A program made the position numbers and the translations under genes. The notes beneath the pieces were generated by a model that was not told the origin of the DNA, did not search any database, and was given only the letters and a program-made list of their open reading frames with translations. From Phoronis australis (Eukaryota > Animalia > Phoronida), in contig NMRA01000026.1 of NCBI GenBank assembly GCA_002633005.1, forward strand, positions 1,198,710 to 1,262,709: DNA of 64,000 nt, written 5' to 3'. Below, in pieces: positions 25,401-54,300 of the stretch. How positions within the stretch are numbered: the first letter of the stretch is position 1; each line of letters starts with the position of its first letter.

Positions 25401-27694
25401 TTTTACTCGTGAATGTCTTTTCTTCACGAAGTACAGTTCTTTTCTCACGTGCCTAACAAAATCTCTTGTCATCAGAGCCCGGCGCATGGCGACAAATTTG
25501 ACAAACCTATTTGACAAGTGACAAGCATTCACGCGTCACCGCTAGACACGCGTCACCTGGCACGCGCCACCAGGCAAGCGTTACTAAGCGCGTACGCGTG
25601 TAGTTCGTGTCTCCTACCAGTCATGAATTCAGTGCTGTTCTAGAACGACACTATACATGAGTACGCTATCTTCCTGTGATATTTACCTACATGTGCTTTG
25701 TCTATTGTTTTGTTAGTAGCTTCTCTCAAGCTGAGACTTGAAGAACTCTTACAACAGCGCCCTTCAATTTTCCATAGTTTTTTGCAGCTTGGGGGCAAAT
25801 ACATTTTGCCGATTTTTTCATAATTTGACCACAGAATTTTTACTTATTTTCCGTCTCCTCCCTCACTATTCCACGCCGTCAAAAAGCATTGCTCTTTGGA
25901 ATGGTAAAGTGGCACCCGATTATCTGTTGCCATGATCTATCCAGAGAATGACTGTTGTGCAACCAGACACCAGGTGTCATGTACATACTATGTACATGAC
26001 ACCTGGTGTTGAACAAATCAGAAACAATTATGCTAATGCAATTTGAACTCCGCCGAGCCCGCACCGTACTAGTTTATTCGTCGCTTTTCGACACTGGCTA
26101 GTAGCCGGGTGATGAATGTGCAATCACGAATTTGAAAGCGTCAGGTAGATGGAGACTTTCAATAAGTGAGTGAGTTAACACAGAAAAGACGAACGACAGA
26201 ACGTTGTTCAAGAATAAAGACAGTTACCGAGGTGGTGCTCTGCTGCCACTGAGGAAGAAATTGGACGCGTAATCATTTTGTGCAAATTGCAAATTCAAAA
26301 TCAATTTACATTTTGAGAAACTATATTTCTATGCAAAGGAAAATATCGAAACACGATACCTTCTCATTTTACTCGAATAAATGAGCTTGAAAAACAGGAT
26401 AAAGTTTGAGAGGAAGAACTAGTCTTCTTTTGTTTCAAATGAGCGATGCACTTTTCCGTGAGCACATACCAGTACCTCTGTTGGGAAGGGGAAACCATAT
26501 GGTACAAAAACACTTATTACACAACAGACTTTATGATGAGAATTACGCACTATTTACATTATGACAATGACTGAAAATTGCGTTGCTGTATGGTTTTGAT
26601 AAAACGTCTCAGCATTCGATGTCTGCATTTTATTTATAGACTTCATTTTCTGTGTTTTATAGCGACTTTGTAGCAGAGAATGTAAAAAGTTGTGTGAAAC
26701 ACTAATTGTGAACAATGTATAAATGGCTTAATTCCAATAACGCTAAAAACATGTTATGATACATGTTACTTATTTCTTTATATAAATATTAACAAACCGG
26801 ACAATGAATGACGGAGTCACTCCGGGTAGGAGACGAGTTCTAAATTTCAAACCTGTAAACTTAAGTTAGTTAGACAATTATTCACGGCTCCAAGCACTAG
26901 GTACACGTCTCACCTTTCATTGCATGTGTATGAAATGACCGACGTTGTGTTAACGACGTTTGAACAACAATGCTATGTGGGATGCCAATCGAACAGGAAT
27001 GTTATGCCGGGCTGAGAACATGGACAAATGGAAACAAATATGATTTAAAATCGATGCACCTATATTTGAAATAATTTGTTCAAGCATTTCGCATCGTGCA
27101 GGCGGCTATAATGTGCGGATGCGCAAATCTTAAATTGGACGTTTCCTTTAGTTTTCCACGTAGTTAAATCGAATACACGTCACTATCTTCCGTTTTATAA
27201 CAGACAAGTCAAGCTTCACTAACAGACGAGAAAAAATGATTTTTTGAGGACCGCCCTGGCTCACGCAGGACTAACTTTTGCAGTGGCAACCAAATGCTCC
27301 GGCCGGATGAGCTAACTCTCACACGGCGATACAAAGTAGAATATTTGACTAGTAAAGTCACCAGCCTTGATTTCAACGAATGTCTGGCAGATAACGGCGA
27401 CAATTACAAGGTGATTTGAAATAAAATTATAGCTAATAAATTAAAAAAGTCTATCCTATCCAACACTAACCCCCAAAGATGCATTTTTCGGCCGTACAAA
27501 CGATAGTGACCCTCTAAATAGCTTTCGCCATTATTCAACTGTTGAACATGTAGGCGCATGCGCCTGATTCCGGACACAGGCACCTAATTGTAAATATGGT
27601 AAAAGTTAAAAATGGCAGTTTTTAAATTGCCTTAAAAATTGGCTTGCACAAAGTCTACTAAAATAAATAGCAATAAACCTGAAAACTAACTTTG

Positions 27695-28390
27695 CTACAA
27701 AATGTTGTTAAAAATTCCCGAGTTAGATCGGCAGCGACTTTTGTATGGCACTTGTTTGTAATCTGAATATCGTAAAGCTACAAACTTCTCGGTGTCCCTT
27801 GGAACTTTCGATAAACCGTCAAGAAATTTCATATTCTTCACCGGCAAAACCATATCTTTGTGCACTTTATTAAAGAACTTTACTATTGGTGTAAATGGCG
27901 GAAATACTCTGAACAAATAATCGTCTGCTCCAATTTGCCATCTCGCAATATCAACGTGCGCTCCGTTGCACACTACGTATCTCCCCTTCGGCACCAAGCA
28001 GTCGTTTTGTTCGAAGAATTGCTTTAGACGCAACTGGACGTCATATTCCTGTTTGTTATCGCGTAACACGAGCCGCGATATATCACCGTCGTAATCATAC
28101 GGAATTATTCCTCCATCCCGCCAGGCGCCGAGAAGTGTCCCGAAATCAAGCCAATACGTCAGGTTGTTCTTCTCAAAAAAAGTTTGAACAAGTAGCAGTG
28201 TTCTCTTTAAGTTGTTTAATTCTCTTTGAGACATGAAGCATTCACCGCCCTCCGATGAAAGACTGAGGAACAAGGGTAATGTCAATACACATAACGCGAA
28301 GGCTCCTAGCAGAACGACAACACTCCATTTGAAACGTACCTCCACTCCCATTTCTAGGAGGAATGGGAATAGTGGTGGCGGGTTTTGCAT
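27695..28390 (-). CDS. Single-exon LicD/fukutin/FKRP-family phosphotransferase, type II membrane protein
   Basis: 231-aa ORF with an N-terminal TM segment (VVVLLGAFALCVLTLPLFL), the LicD signature YWLDFGTLLGAWRDGGIIPYDYDGDI, a downstream VDI and a C-terminal VPRDTEKFVALRY. Confidence 0.88.
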   Translation of the reverse strand: MQNPPPLFPFLLEMGVEVRFKWSVVVLLGAFALCVLTLPLFLSLSSEGGECFMSQRELNNLKRTLLLVQTFFEKNNLTYWLDFGTLLGAWRDGGIIPYDYDGDISRLVLRDNKQEYDVQLRLKQFFEQNDCLVPKGRYVVCNGAHVDIARWQIGADDYLFRVFPPFTPIVKFFNKVHKDMVLPVKNMKFLDGLSKVPRDTEKFVALRYSDYKQVPYKSRCRSNSGIFNNIL

Positions 28391-28482
28391 TTTAGTTAGT
28401 TATGACTGACAGCCAGCATAAACCGTCGTCAGCTCGAGGCTTCTATGAATGCCAAATCAACAAAGCAATAATAATGACAAAA

Positions 28483-28739
28483 CATGGGCGCATCCAGGGG
28501 GGCTCGAACGAGCCCCCACTTTGGTGAACTGGGCAAAAAGGTCCGCCTCAGTGAAACAAAAAGTCCGAGTGAACGACACAAAAGCCCACAAAATCCACGG
28601 GAAGTCGACTCGGATGCACAATTCGTAAGCCTGAACCCAGTAGCCCCGTTTTTTAGTCCTCCTCGATTTCTCAGTTCAGTAAAAGGTCCGCATACAGAAA
28701 TATTCGAGCCCCCCATATTTTAGGCTGGGTGCGCGTATG
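28483..28739 (+). mobile_element. MITE family 2 (TIR ~CATGCGCGCACCCAG), diverged copy
   Basis: CATGGGCGCATCCAG...CTGGGTGCGCGTATG; collinear with 46554-46820. Confidence 0.75.
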
Positions 28740-29401
28740 CAAGTGAGGATGATGAAAATATTAGCTACACTGGGCCTTAAGTCTGTAAAATTGACGAACG
28801 TAATGTTTTGAACGAAATCATCGACTGCTGAGGGATAAGAAAAAATTCACACAGCTTGAACGGCAGGAAGTACTTTGTGTGGGAATAAGGCAATAATTTT
28901 TGCTGAATAACGATATTACCATTCAGGGGAGGTAATAGTTTTGGGTGCAATAATCAAAACGTGATTTAATATCCTTTCAAGAACATGGAGACGAACCTCT
29001 GTACAGATTTATGACTACATCACGAAGTGAAAAAGGCGATTCTGGCTGAAAGTAAATGTTCGTATTTTATACAGTATACAGTACATTCTTTCAGTCCATT
29101 ATTACTATTAAAAAACAAATGCTAACGCGCGTTACCAAGTGTCAACCCCTTGAATTAAATGCATCCAAACAAAAGGAAGGGCACATGAACTGCATTCCAT
29201 GTGAACACAGCCACTATAAATACGAAAATTTTATGTAAGTGTAAGTCAAAGTGTTCCAAACACTTTCAGTGTACAGACTGGAGGTGCAAAACCGTCTAAT
29301 ATGCTAGCAAATCGATTCCAATATAGAATTCCAACAATATACATCTTCGACATCTTTGTCATTGAGCTTTCAGCTGATCCATCACAGAATCGCGGCGCCC
29401 T

Positions 29402-45092
<15,691 letters not shown>

Positions 45093-46553
45093 GGTTGCAT
45101 AGAACTTCACACGGTGATGAGTTTGGAAAATCAAGCGTAAAATTTGTAACCCCGAGTAGTATTTACGGTGTCCAACACCAGCCGCATGCATTAAATACAT
45201 GGGAAATCTATGTCGTTGCCGCTGGCTTTTGCGAGCACTGTATTGCCCGGCGTGGTCACCGCAGTTCACCTACAGAAGACTGAGGAAGTCGCTAAATAAA
45301 CTGTCAAAAACAGGCGCTGACAGAAGACTGGCGTTCATCTCTGAACCTTCTATCCATAGATAAACAACAATACAGCCAAGGCCACGACAGTGAAGTGAAC
45401 CTTGCCCTTTTCCTGGACTTCTCCCCAAATATGACCAAGCCAGTCTCGCCACCTAGCGACAGCACTGGGCATGCTGTGACGCGCGCCAGCTATTGGCTAT
45501 TCCAGAAGCCAAAGATCGACAGTCCGTATGTCTCAGTGCAGTGGTCTGTGACAGTCGCAAGTTAATTGACGTTTTAAAAAGTTGACACTGCCGGTGTCTT
45601 TGAAACAGTAAATCCGCTTAAAATTATGTAACACATATGGGATTACGTACTGTGTAGCTATAGCGACTCTGCGCTAGAGGCCTACTCATTTCTGTACAAT
45701 TTTTCTCGCCGAGAATGTCCCTTAAAATTTGCTCTCATGACGGCGACATCCCGTTGCTCCCAACTTGTTCGATTCTATAGCCCAACAACAAGTTGGTTAA
45801 GTTTACCCCCGTTGCCAATATCTTACACGACTAATTAACTCCATTCTGGCATTCATGGTTGGAGGGCCTGCGCTCTTTTGTTCGATAATTGCTCTAATCT
45901 CCGATCAGATCTTACTAGCTGACTGACTGGGCTGGGCTGATAAAAATGAAAGCTAAGTTATAACGTATTTAAGCTTAAACCAATAGCATTTCTGAATTCC
46001 TCGTCAAATGCTGAACATGTTCCGTTTTTGAATCACCGAAATCGCCTAACTACAACAGAATTTAAGACCATCTATTCTGTCCAAACGGATTACCAACGCA
46101 CTGGGTTTGACTGTGTTCTGAACACGCGTTCGGTAATAGCGAGCAACCACCATATGTTTCCTTTGAATCCTGGGAGATAATTGGCCTGCTTGTTATCATA
46201 CGGGATAAATGACTGAGCTGGGCAGTTAACAAACGAGCAAAGTGTTATCGCACGTTCAGCACCCATCACTTCTGGAAAAGTTACTGAACGACAGAACGCT
46301 GTAATGTATTGTTGAGTTTACAGAATACTTTCACACGTCATGCTTCAGTAACTGCCGATTTTAGAGGAAGGGGGATAAAAGATACAAAACGCAAAATCGA
46401 TTAGGTGATTCGTACCTGCAGGCAATTCGTACAGCACATGATGCTATTAAATTACTTTTGTCTGGTCATTAAAATTGCAAGTACAAATCTCACATAGGTC
46501 TACATGTACATATTTTAATGAGAAATGAAGTAGGCCTAAGTGTGTTATGTATC

Positions 46554-46820
46554 CATGCGCGCACCCAGGGGCGGGCTCGGGGGGGGCTCAAAAGAGCCCC
46601 CCCCCACTTGGCGAAGTGGACAAAAAGGTCCGCCTCGGAGAAACAAAAAGCCCGAGAAAATGAGACAAAAAATCCACCAAAAAGGCGCAAACACACAATT
46701 CACAGCTCTGGACATGGTACCCAGTTTTTTTTAGTCCTTCGGCTTTTTTGCATAAAGGCCCACATCCTCGGAAATTCGAGCCCCCCACCCCCACATTAAA
46801 GGCTGGGTGCCGCGCGCATG
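46554..46820 (+). mobile_element. MITE family 2, full length, 5-bp TSD
   Basis: CATGCGCGCACCCAG...CTGGGTGCCGCGCGCATG flanked by GTATC on both sides. Confidence 0.82.
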
Positions 46821-47489
46821 GTATCCTTGCATGCGAATGAAGTAAGTAAAACGATTCACATCAATAAAGTCCTGGAGGTCTGGACCCAGTCCAATCAAAG
46901 CTGCCACTAGGAAAATAAGACAAGGGCTAATCTACTGTGCGTGGATGTGACTGTGTTAAGTCGCATGCGCATGTGCGTGCGTACCTGCACTGGCGCGAGG
47001 GAAAGAGGTGAAGATTTGCAGCACATTACAGGTGTAACCTTTCTAAAAAAGGATTCATTCCCAGCTCACCTATTCATGGATCCACCAGGGGGGGGGTAGA
47101 GAACTATCTTTTCAGCCAGGACATGCATAAACACCTTCTTAATGTGTGTTTAGTTACACAGGATTACTAGTACAGTTGCACACTAAGAGCACGCTCCACA
47201 AAGAACTGCTTTCACTGACCTTGCTTGCAAAAGGTCGATTGAGTGTGAGCGACACCCACGATTTACAACCCTCTGCAAATTCCTAAGCCAATATCGGGAC
47301 AAGTTACCCCCTTCAAGCTCTAAATGCTTGGGAACCAGCATTGGACTGCCGTGCGTGATGAGCTGAACATTTCAAGAAATGCCTACTGGAAACAGCCTGG
47401 TGGGCTTGCATTCATTTCTCCTCATCCAGAAGCTCAACATTCATGGCTACTTTTGATTGATTTCAAAGTGTAAAGCCATAATGTTTTTC

Positions 47490-47838
47490 AAAAAGAAAAA
47501 GTCTAATGACCTTGGCCAGTCAACAGCATAACTATAAAAAACTCGCTTTCCTAAATGAGTAAATTCACTTAAAACCTCCGATGTCTGTGCAGCTTATTGA
47601 AGGTAATTATTAGTAATTGACAGTTAGTTTTGTTGCCGGAATTCTACAATTATATGGTAGGCAACGAAAAGAAAAAACTGAATGACCTAATCCAGTCAGC
47701 AGCATAAAAACTCGCTTCAATGAATGAGTAAATTCACTTTTAAACCAGATGTCTGTGCAGCTTTTTGGAGGTAATTATTACTAATTGACAGTTACGGTTT
47801 TGTTGCCAGAATTCTATTAATTATATGATAGGCAAGGA
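47490..47838. repeat. ~175-bp direct tandem duplication (2 diverged copies)
   Basis: AAAAGAAAAA..AATGACCT..CCAGTCA..GCATAA..AAACTCGC..GAGTAAATTCACTT..GATGTCTGTGCAGCTT..GTAATTATTA..TGACAGTTA..TTGTTGCC..AATTCTA..TAGGCAA occurs twice in tandem. Confidence 0.8.
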
Positions 47839-48290
47839 ACACTGCAAGTACGGTGGTACCTAAAGATTATGTGGTTCAACATCCAACAGAACAGTGGGAC
47901 ATTGGTCTCACAGATTCTTGAGAAAACCAAATGCAAGAGAAAACCCATTCACCTAAGAAACAAGAAAACCAAAGAAGTACTATTGACAAAAAAGCTCTGA
48001 ACAACTGTTAAGTGTTGTCTATCATCAATTTTGTAATTCTCTTCAACTTTGAGCATTTTACACACACTTCACTGTCACTTTGAAGGGAAATTACTTTTTA
48101 TATAAAACAATGAAGGATTATTGAGAGACGTATACGCAGCTGCCTGGAGATACTACACATCTTTGCTTACACCAAATGAATAAAAAACCAATAAAAAGCA
48201 CAGATAGAATTATTCTCCAAATAAATAATTTTGTTAAACATGTGTTACATAGTAATCAAATGTCAACCGCTGAAAATCTGTCATAATTAG

Positions 48291-48348
48291 CCTGCCTTAG
48301 GTATGTTATAACAACACCCTGCCTTAGGTATGTTATAACAACACCCTG
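48291..48348. repeat. 27-bp exact tandem duplication just after the ADSL stop codon
   Basis: CCTGCCTTAGGTATGTTATAACAACAC twice, plus CCTG. Confidence 0.85.
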
Positions 48349-48390
48349 GCACTGTTGTCCTGACTACTCAACAAGGGCTTAACTCCATGA

Positions 48391-51300
48391 CTATAAGTCC
48401 AGTTCAGATATTCCTTCTAGCTGGTGTGCATACGGTTTCAATGCTGGTCTTACTTCCTCTTTTAAAAACTTCTCCACCTTAAAGAAGGAAATATTTTAGT
48501 TAGTTTCGTCATAGATAGGTTTCAACATATACAATGGCTCTTTTCAAAAAAAACATTAATTTACAAGCAATTGTATCAAGAATACAATTTCTTTCCAACA
48601 CAGAACTAAATAAAAGTCTTCAAAATTATAGAAACATGTTAAGTGCAAAAAATAATGCTGACACATTTATATGTGCACGACCATGTTTTCTTCTCGAAAA
48701 ATCATATTCCATAGCGATAACCCAAAGTTATACTACGTCATTTTTGTGCTTATTTTAGCTATTGGCTTCAAAAGCATGTCTGAGGCTTAACGTCAAAGAA
48801 TTTTAATCCGAGAATTCAGCTGTTAAAAAATTAAAGACATCCATCATAGTGATGAAGTCTTCATTTTTGATAACAGTTGTCTGGAGAAGCAGTTTCCTTA
48901 CAGCATGGTATGAGAACCCCAGGTATATTTACCTGCTGCGGAGCTCGTCCTGTGAATGTAGTAGGGTCAAGGAGTCGGTCCAACTGATCGTGTATAGGCA
49001 CAAAGTACTCTGATGACTGTATCCTCTCCACTAGGTCGTTGTCAAGCCCCATCTCCTTGACAACTGCACCCGCCTCCTGCGACAGCACCCGGATACGCTC
49101 ATGACACTCCTGTCGGTCCCCACCCAGTTTCACCATTGCCATAATGATGTTCTCAGACGCCATGAAAGGAAGCTCTTGTTTGATTCTCCGCTCAATTACC
49201 TGCAAGGGTATGCAACACCATGCAACACCATCCATTCACATCTACAACCAGCTCCAATTCTCAACACTGCATCAATCTACCTTGCTAGTACTGATCAGCT
49301 GAGTGGGCCATAAAATGACGTGAGAAAAGGCTGTCAAGATAAAATGAAGTCCAATTCACTTTTTATGGATTTTGAAGAATACTCAAAAATTTCTGATCCC
49401 CATTGGGCTGAAAGGGCAAAATATATATATGTATTACACTTATGCATTACAACATCTGAAACTTCTGTTTGACAATGCATACATGTACTTGATTGTTGTA
49501 ATGTTAATGCATAACAATGATCTGGACTATGACAGAATGTAATGAAATGTTTATTTTCACAGCAGTTCGTTTTTTTAGCCGAGCGGTTAACCTAACAATG
49601 TCTACTTACGTAACTAGAATTTTGGAACATGTAAAATAATTTTCACTTTCAAATAAGTCTGAGGTGATCTGGAATAATTGCTAACTTTGAAATTTCACGA
49701 TTACAAAAGTTCAAAAATCACCAACCTTTGGATAGACAACCAGTCCCTCGGTGACATTCTGCAGAGTACTCAGTATGATGTCTGCAGTCAGAAAAGCTTC
49801 AGCTAAACATATCCTCCTGAAATAAAGTTGGTTGCAATAGGAATTACATTACATCAACAAATTTAATAACGTTCTCCACGGCTTGTTTCCACTCGTGCTA
49901 ACAAGCTTGGATTTTGCTGTTAGGAGATTGGCTCATCAGACACAAATTTGATAATGCATGTAGTCACTGAGGACATTTATTGACACTTGGGACTACTTGA
50001 GTGTACCGATGACTAGGCTTTATAAACATATATACAACTCACACAGTGTGGACATACAACTTTCCAATGTCCGTATGAATTTACAAAATTAAATTCTTTG
50101 CTTTCTCCTGCAAAGATCAATGTAAATGTTCACTTCAATAGTTATATTGCTGACCTATTAGCACTATCATCCAATGTTCTCTCCATCCACTGAACAGACT
50201 GAGTCATCAATGGGTCCTGGACTAGCACCATTAAGTGGCGGGCCAATGAACAACACCTTTCACTGCGCATTGGGTTTCTCTTGTATGGCATAGCACTGGA
50301 ACCTAGAAAAGTACACAAAGTAACAGCAGGTAGTTCTAACACCAAAATCCAATGACCTAAAGCAATGTATGAATATATAATTTATACAATGATTAATTAC
50401 TTCAAAATTACATTCCGTATTGACAAACAATCGGGTTCAACCCACCTAACTCCAAAAACATCAACAGCACTACCTTACAAAATCTTAATACCCTAAACTA
50501 GTTCCTAGTACGGACTAGTCGATTCCAATCTCTTCCCAGTCATGATTCGTCATAAAAATGGTGCCAAATAATTTAGTACCACAGGCTGTCCCTTCCAACA
50601 AAAGTGGTCACCTCAACAATGCAACTGATGCCACTCAATAATGACTCTACTTCTCTAAGGTCATAATCCACGTACACTGCATGTTTGTTCATAGTGAATG
50701 TGAAGTATTTATGCTAACGTTACCTGGGTTGTGTGCATTCATCTTTGCATTGTACTGCTTACGAGATATTTAGAGAAGATCAGAAGTTGTTAGACTACAA
50801 CCAATTGACTATAAACATCAGTAACGGTCAGCGTTTTATGCATTCTCTAGAGCCTTTTATAAAATGTCAAAGTGCTCAACAACAGCTGGTTGTCCAACAC
50901 AGTAAGTTTCCAAATAAGGAAATGAAGACTAAGAAAACTGCGTCCTCGATGCTACAAGGAATGAGGCTAAACGTATCCGCTAACACCATATTCCATTTAA
51001 AACAATCCTATTTAGGTGAATGCGCATAATGACTTCACAGTAAGAACACCAGCATGACATCACACAAGACAGTGAAGAACAAGAGGAATGCAAAACTGTT
51101 AAAATGCATCCACGGCTGCACCGTGAGCGGTATGCGTCTAGAAGTGTTCATTAGCACAATGTAACATGTACAATAAAAGGGCACTACAGGACACGGCATA
51201 ACTGAAATCTTTTTGAAACAAGTGATGTCATCTCCTTTATAGAAACTTATTTGACAAATGTTGTGAACATGCATTGAGGAACTTAGTACATATATAACCG

Positions 51301-54300
51301 TATACAAAGAAAACCTAACTTGCCACCAGGGGATGCCCCAGTAGTCAGACTCATCTCAAAATCAACATCTAGCATACTCACAACTAAACAAACCAAACTT
51401 TATGAAAATTCATCATGGATCTATTAAGTAGATATTGTGGCACAGGTCAAAAATAAGTTTGCCACTAGAGGCGCCGCCGTAGTTGGACCTGCCAGCAAAT
51501 CTATGTTAGTAGTTGTGATCATCTCAATAGGAAAACATGTAAATTTCACAATGATCTGTTATTGGCTTTGGCGGATAAAAAGGCAAACACCAAAAACAGA
51601 CCGAAACAATAGCAATGATCACTAAGGGGCACAGAATTCACAACTCATTCTGGGTTTCAGACACTGTAATTTGTGCAAATTAAAGGAACAGTAAATTTGC
51701 ACCTTCTATTAAAAAACAACTTGATTTTGACAAATCATTGTTCAATACTTCATCCAGTCTGGATAAACTCACCAATCTGATCTTTCTCAAACGGCTCTTC
51801 TAATTCCTTAAAACTTGCCAGAAGACGAATATCCGAGCAGATTTTGTGAACACTGGCACCAAGACTGGATAACATACTCAGACAATCTATGTCCACTTTA
51901 CGCGTGTACGTTTGTCCACACACAGCGTATGTTCTACAAAAATATTACCCAGGTCTATTAATACCAGCCAAACTCATTAACTATGGCCATGTTGCATGGA
52001 AGGATTTGTATTACACCAGGTAGCACATAGATTTTTAGCAAATCACACAGACTGAATGCCCATCCCACATTCCGTATACCCAAGAAACACATGAAAACAC
52101 AAGATTACACTTGCCTTTGCAACCCATTGCAATGTGTTATCAGTGCAGCATCTGATCACTATAGCTTTAATCGCTAAATTCAACTGTCCGCGCTTCGAGT
52201 GATCAATGGTAAAAAAGAGGAAAATTTTCCATGTGACGTAGCGTTCTTCAAATAAATAGACTTATGTGGTAGAAATATTTTTTGTGTTTCAAAATTTAAT
52301 TGCAAGAAACGTTTTTTGCATCTATGAAGTCAAAATAATGATAAAAAAGAGAGACAAAGAAATCGCAACGAAAAAAGAGGAAATCCTCTTAAAGGAAGCA
52401 AATTCCAAGCCCTGCACTGCATACGGAACACAACCCACGTTTGTACATGTCTCCAAGTTTTCAGATGTTAACAAGAACATCGAAACCAACTGTGACTCAA
52501 AAAATGCTTCAGCGTTTGTTGTGGTTGGCCAAGCCTAAAACTGCAACTTCAAGAATGGCGCAATGGTGCAATGACTGTGACGGTGCATATGTGCAATGAC
52601 TGTGACTCAAGTTGGTAATGGAAATAGAACCCCATCATGAGAGTAAAGGAACTTAATTTGATTTTTATTTTTAGCCAGCTAAACAGGGAGAAACGCATCC
52701 TTACTTTAAGATAAGCAACAAAGTGGCAGTTTTCACCCTACTAGTGATATTACGCAAATGTGTTTCTCAGCAGGACACCTCATGCATATTCTCAATTTCA
52801 GACAAAATAATGTATTAAACTGGAAAGTACAACATAGAGCTTCTTGTCTTGCTTAGGCAAGAGGAGAAATGAATGGACTACAAGAACAATGACAATGCCT
52901 TTACATGAACTAAATCCATTACTTTAAGTTATACAAATTCACCTCGTTTTATTTTAATTTGAAGTGTATGTAGTCACTTTTTAAAAACAACTCACAAGCA
53001 CTGTTACTGCTACAAAACAAGAGCAACGAGGAGCATTGAAATGCGCCCACGATAGCACCGCACACGGTGTGCTTCTATGGGTGTCTTTAGGAGAGCTTGG
53101 AATGACCAATGACAAAAACAAGAGGAAAGGTGATGTATCATTCCACAAATAAATAGGCTTGTGTGATAGAAATTTCTTGTGTTGTAAAATTTAACTGAAA
53201 TAAACATTTTGGCACGAATAAAGTCAAAATAATGATAAAAAGTAACAAGATATAGCAAACTGTAAATCTAACAAGAAATCAAAACCAAAAATGAGGAAAT
53301 CCCCTTATGAAAGGAAAATTCCAAGCCCTGCTTTAGTATCATAAAAATGGCCATTAGATAGCGCAGAATCCGTCACACTCATCCGAATTGAGAAAGAAGC
53401 ATTGTCTCTGTAAAACACAACTATTTTGTCAAATATCATGAAAAGAAGCCAAGGAATTACTAAGATAAAGAGGCAAACGTTAAAACAATTGACACTAGGG
53501 GGCACAACTATAATATGATTGATCTGGAACTTGTCATCTGTTGCCATCTCTGAAGCCCATCTGCCAAATTTTGCAAAGACCCTTCAAAGGGTTAAGGAGA
53601 TAAAGCCGTGTATGCAAAAAAGCAAAACTGACCCTAAGGGGCGCCAGAATAGTCAAAAACATCTGAAAATCAACATCAGTCAGGAGCTTCGCATCAGGAA
53701 CACAACTGTCAATTTTTATAATTGTCCTTTGAGTGGTTTGGCAGATAGAGAGGCAGACATCAAAAACATACGCGCCATCAGGTGGCACAGAAAACTGCAT
53801 ATTTGTCCAAAAATGGGAAGGTGTTGTCTCCTTTATAGAAACATATTTGTTGAATTTCATGAAAACACATTCATGAACTCCGAAGATACAGAGGTTAACG
53901 TAAAAAAACATTTTGCCACTAGGGGGACAGCAGTATCTCAATCAGTTCAACACTCATCATCGTTTGTCGACGGCTCCATAGGAATACATCTTTGCAATTT
54001 CATAAAGCTCCTTCAGAGTGTTAAGGAGATTCGCCTGCAGATGCAAAACAAAATCGCCACTAGGGGGCAACACAGTAATCAGACCTGTCTGAAAGTCAAC
54101 ATCAGTTGTGGCCTTCTCATAGAGAGGCGGACGCCAGAAAACGAACCCAAAAATAACAAAAATGTCCACAAGGTGGCATAAAATTTCTCAAATCTGTCCA
54201 AAAATGGAATGGCATCATCGCCTTTGTATTAAAAACCTATTTTTCGAATTTCACAAAAATCTGTCAAGGAACTCTGAAGATACAGAGGCAAAATTGCCAC

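Noticed and set aside
26810-26972. SINE-like 3' tail (…AAATGACCGACGTTGTGTTAACGACGTTTGAACAACAA)
   Set aside because: No recognisable tRNA-derived head and no second copy in the window.
53519-54181. 220-aa + strand ORF
   Set aside because: Non-ATG start, lies wholly in the tandem core repeats of a non-autonomous element, no recognisable domain.
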